NCBI RefSeq assembly: GCF_009914755.1
Contig: NC_060928.1
Strand: one strand, 5' to 3'
From: the human T2T-CHM13v2.0 reference genome, Homo sapiens
Length of the DNA: 64,000 nucleotides
The translations under genes and the position numbers were made by a program. Each line of letters starts with the position of its first letter. Position 1 is the stretch's first letter. Positions 63,958 through 64,000 of this stretch are shown in pieces. A model generated the notes under the pieces. The model saw only the letters and a program-made list of their open reading frames with translations. It did no database searches and was not told the DNA's origin.

Positions 63958-64000
63958 TTATCGATACTGTAAGAAATTCTTCAGTAACGTTGGCAGCTGG
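63958..64000 (-). CDS. ASB5: ASB5 last codons (...QLPTLLKNFLQYR*), SOCS-box C-terminus; cut off by the window edge
   Basis: Reverse complement reads CAG CTG CCA ACG TTA CTG AAG AAT TTC TTA CAG TAT CGA TAA (LP-x-x-L-K-x-F/Y-L SOCS-box end); gene order fits WDR17-SPATA4-ASB5. Confidence 0.85.
   Translation of the reverse strand, partial: QLPTLLKNFLQYR

Overview
Primate, almost certainly human, genomic DNA (Alu-rich, AT-rich) matching the WDR17-SPATA4-ASB5 locus, recognised from translated exons. It holds the last 14 coding exons (including a 21-nt microexon) and the 3'UTR of WDR17 (+ strand, stop at 27960), the complete 6-exon SPATA4 CDS (- strand, 43912..33154, 918 nt = 305 aa + stop) with its CpG-island promoter, and the last codons plus 3'UTR of ASB5 (- strand, stop at 63958). 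The rest is introns and intergenic DNA full of Alu, MIR, L2, DNA-transposon and LTR fossils; most ORF-track entries are Alu or low-complexity artefacts. I see no prokaryote-type system (CRISPR, operon, defence island). The best leads are: (1) the WDR17 C-terminus aligns without gaps to the GATOR2 (WDR24-type) RING but lacks its zinc ligands; (2) a diverged intronic duplicate of a WDR17 acceptor and exon start, split by an Alu, that could be a poison or decoy exon; (3) a Cys-rich microexon plus alternative-acceptor cassette; (4) two dispersed local duplications, an ERVL reverse-transcriptase fossil and a sense LTR2 inside SPATA4. Repeat family names come from recalled consensus sequences and repeat boundaries are approximate unless a TSD is quoted.
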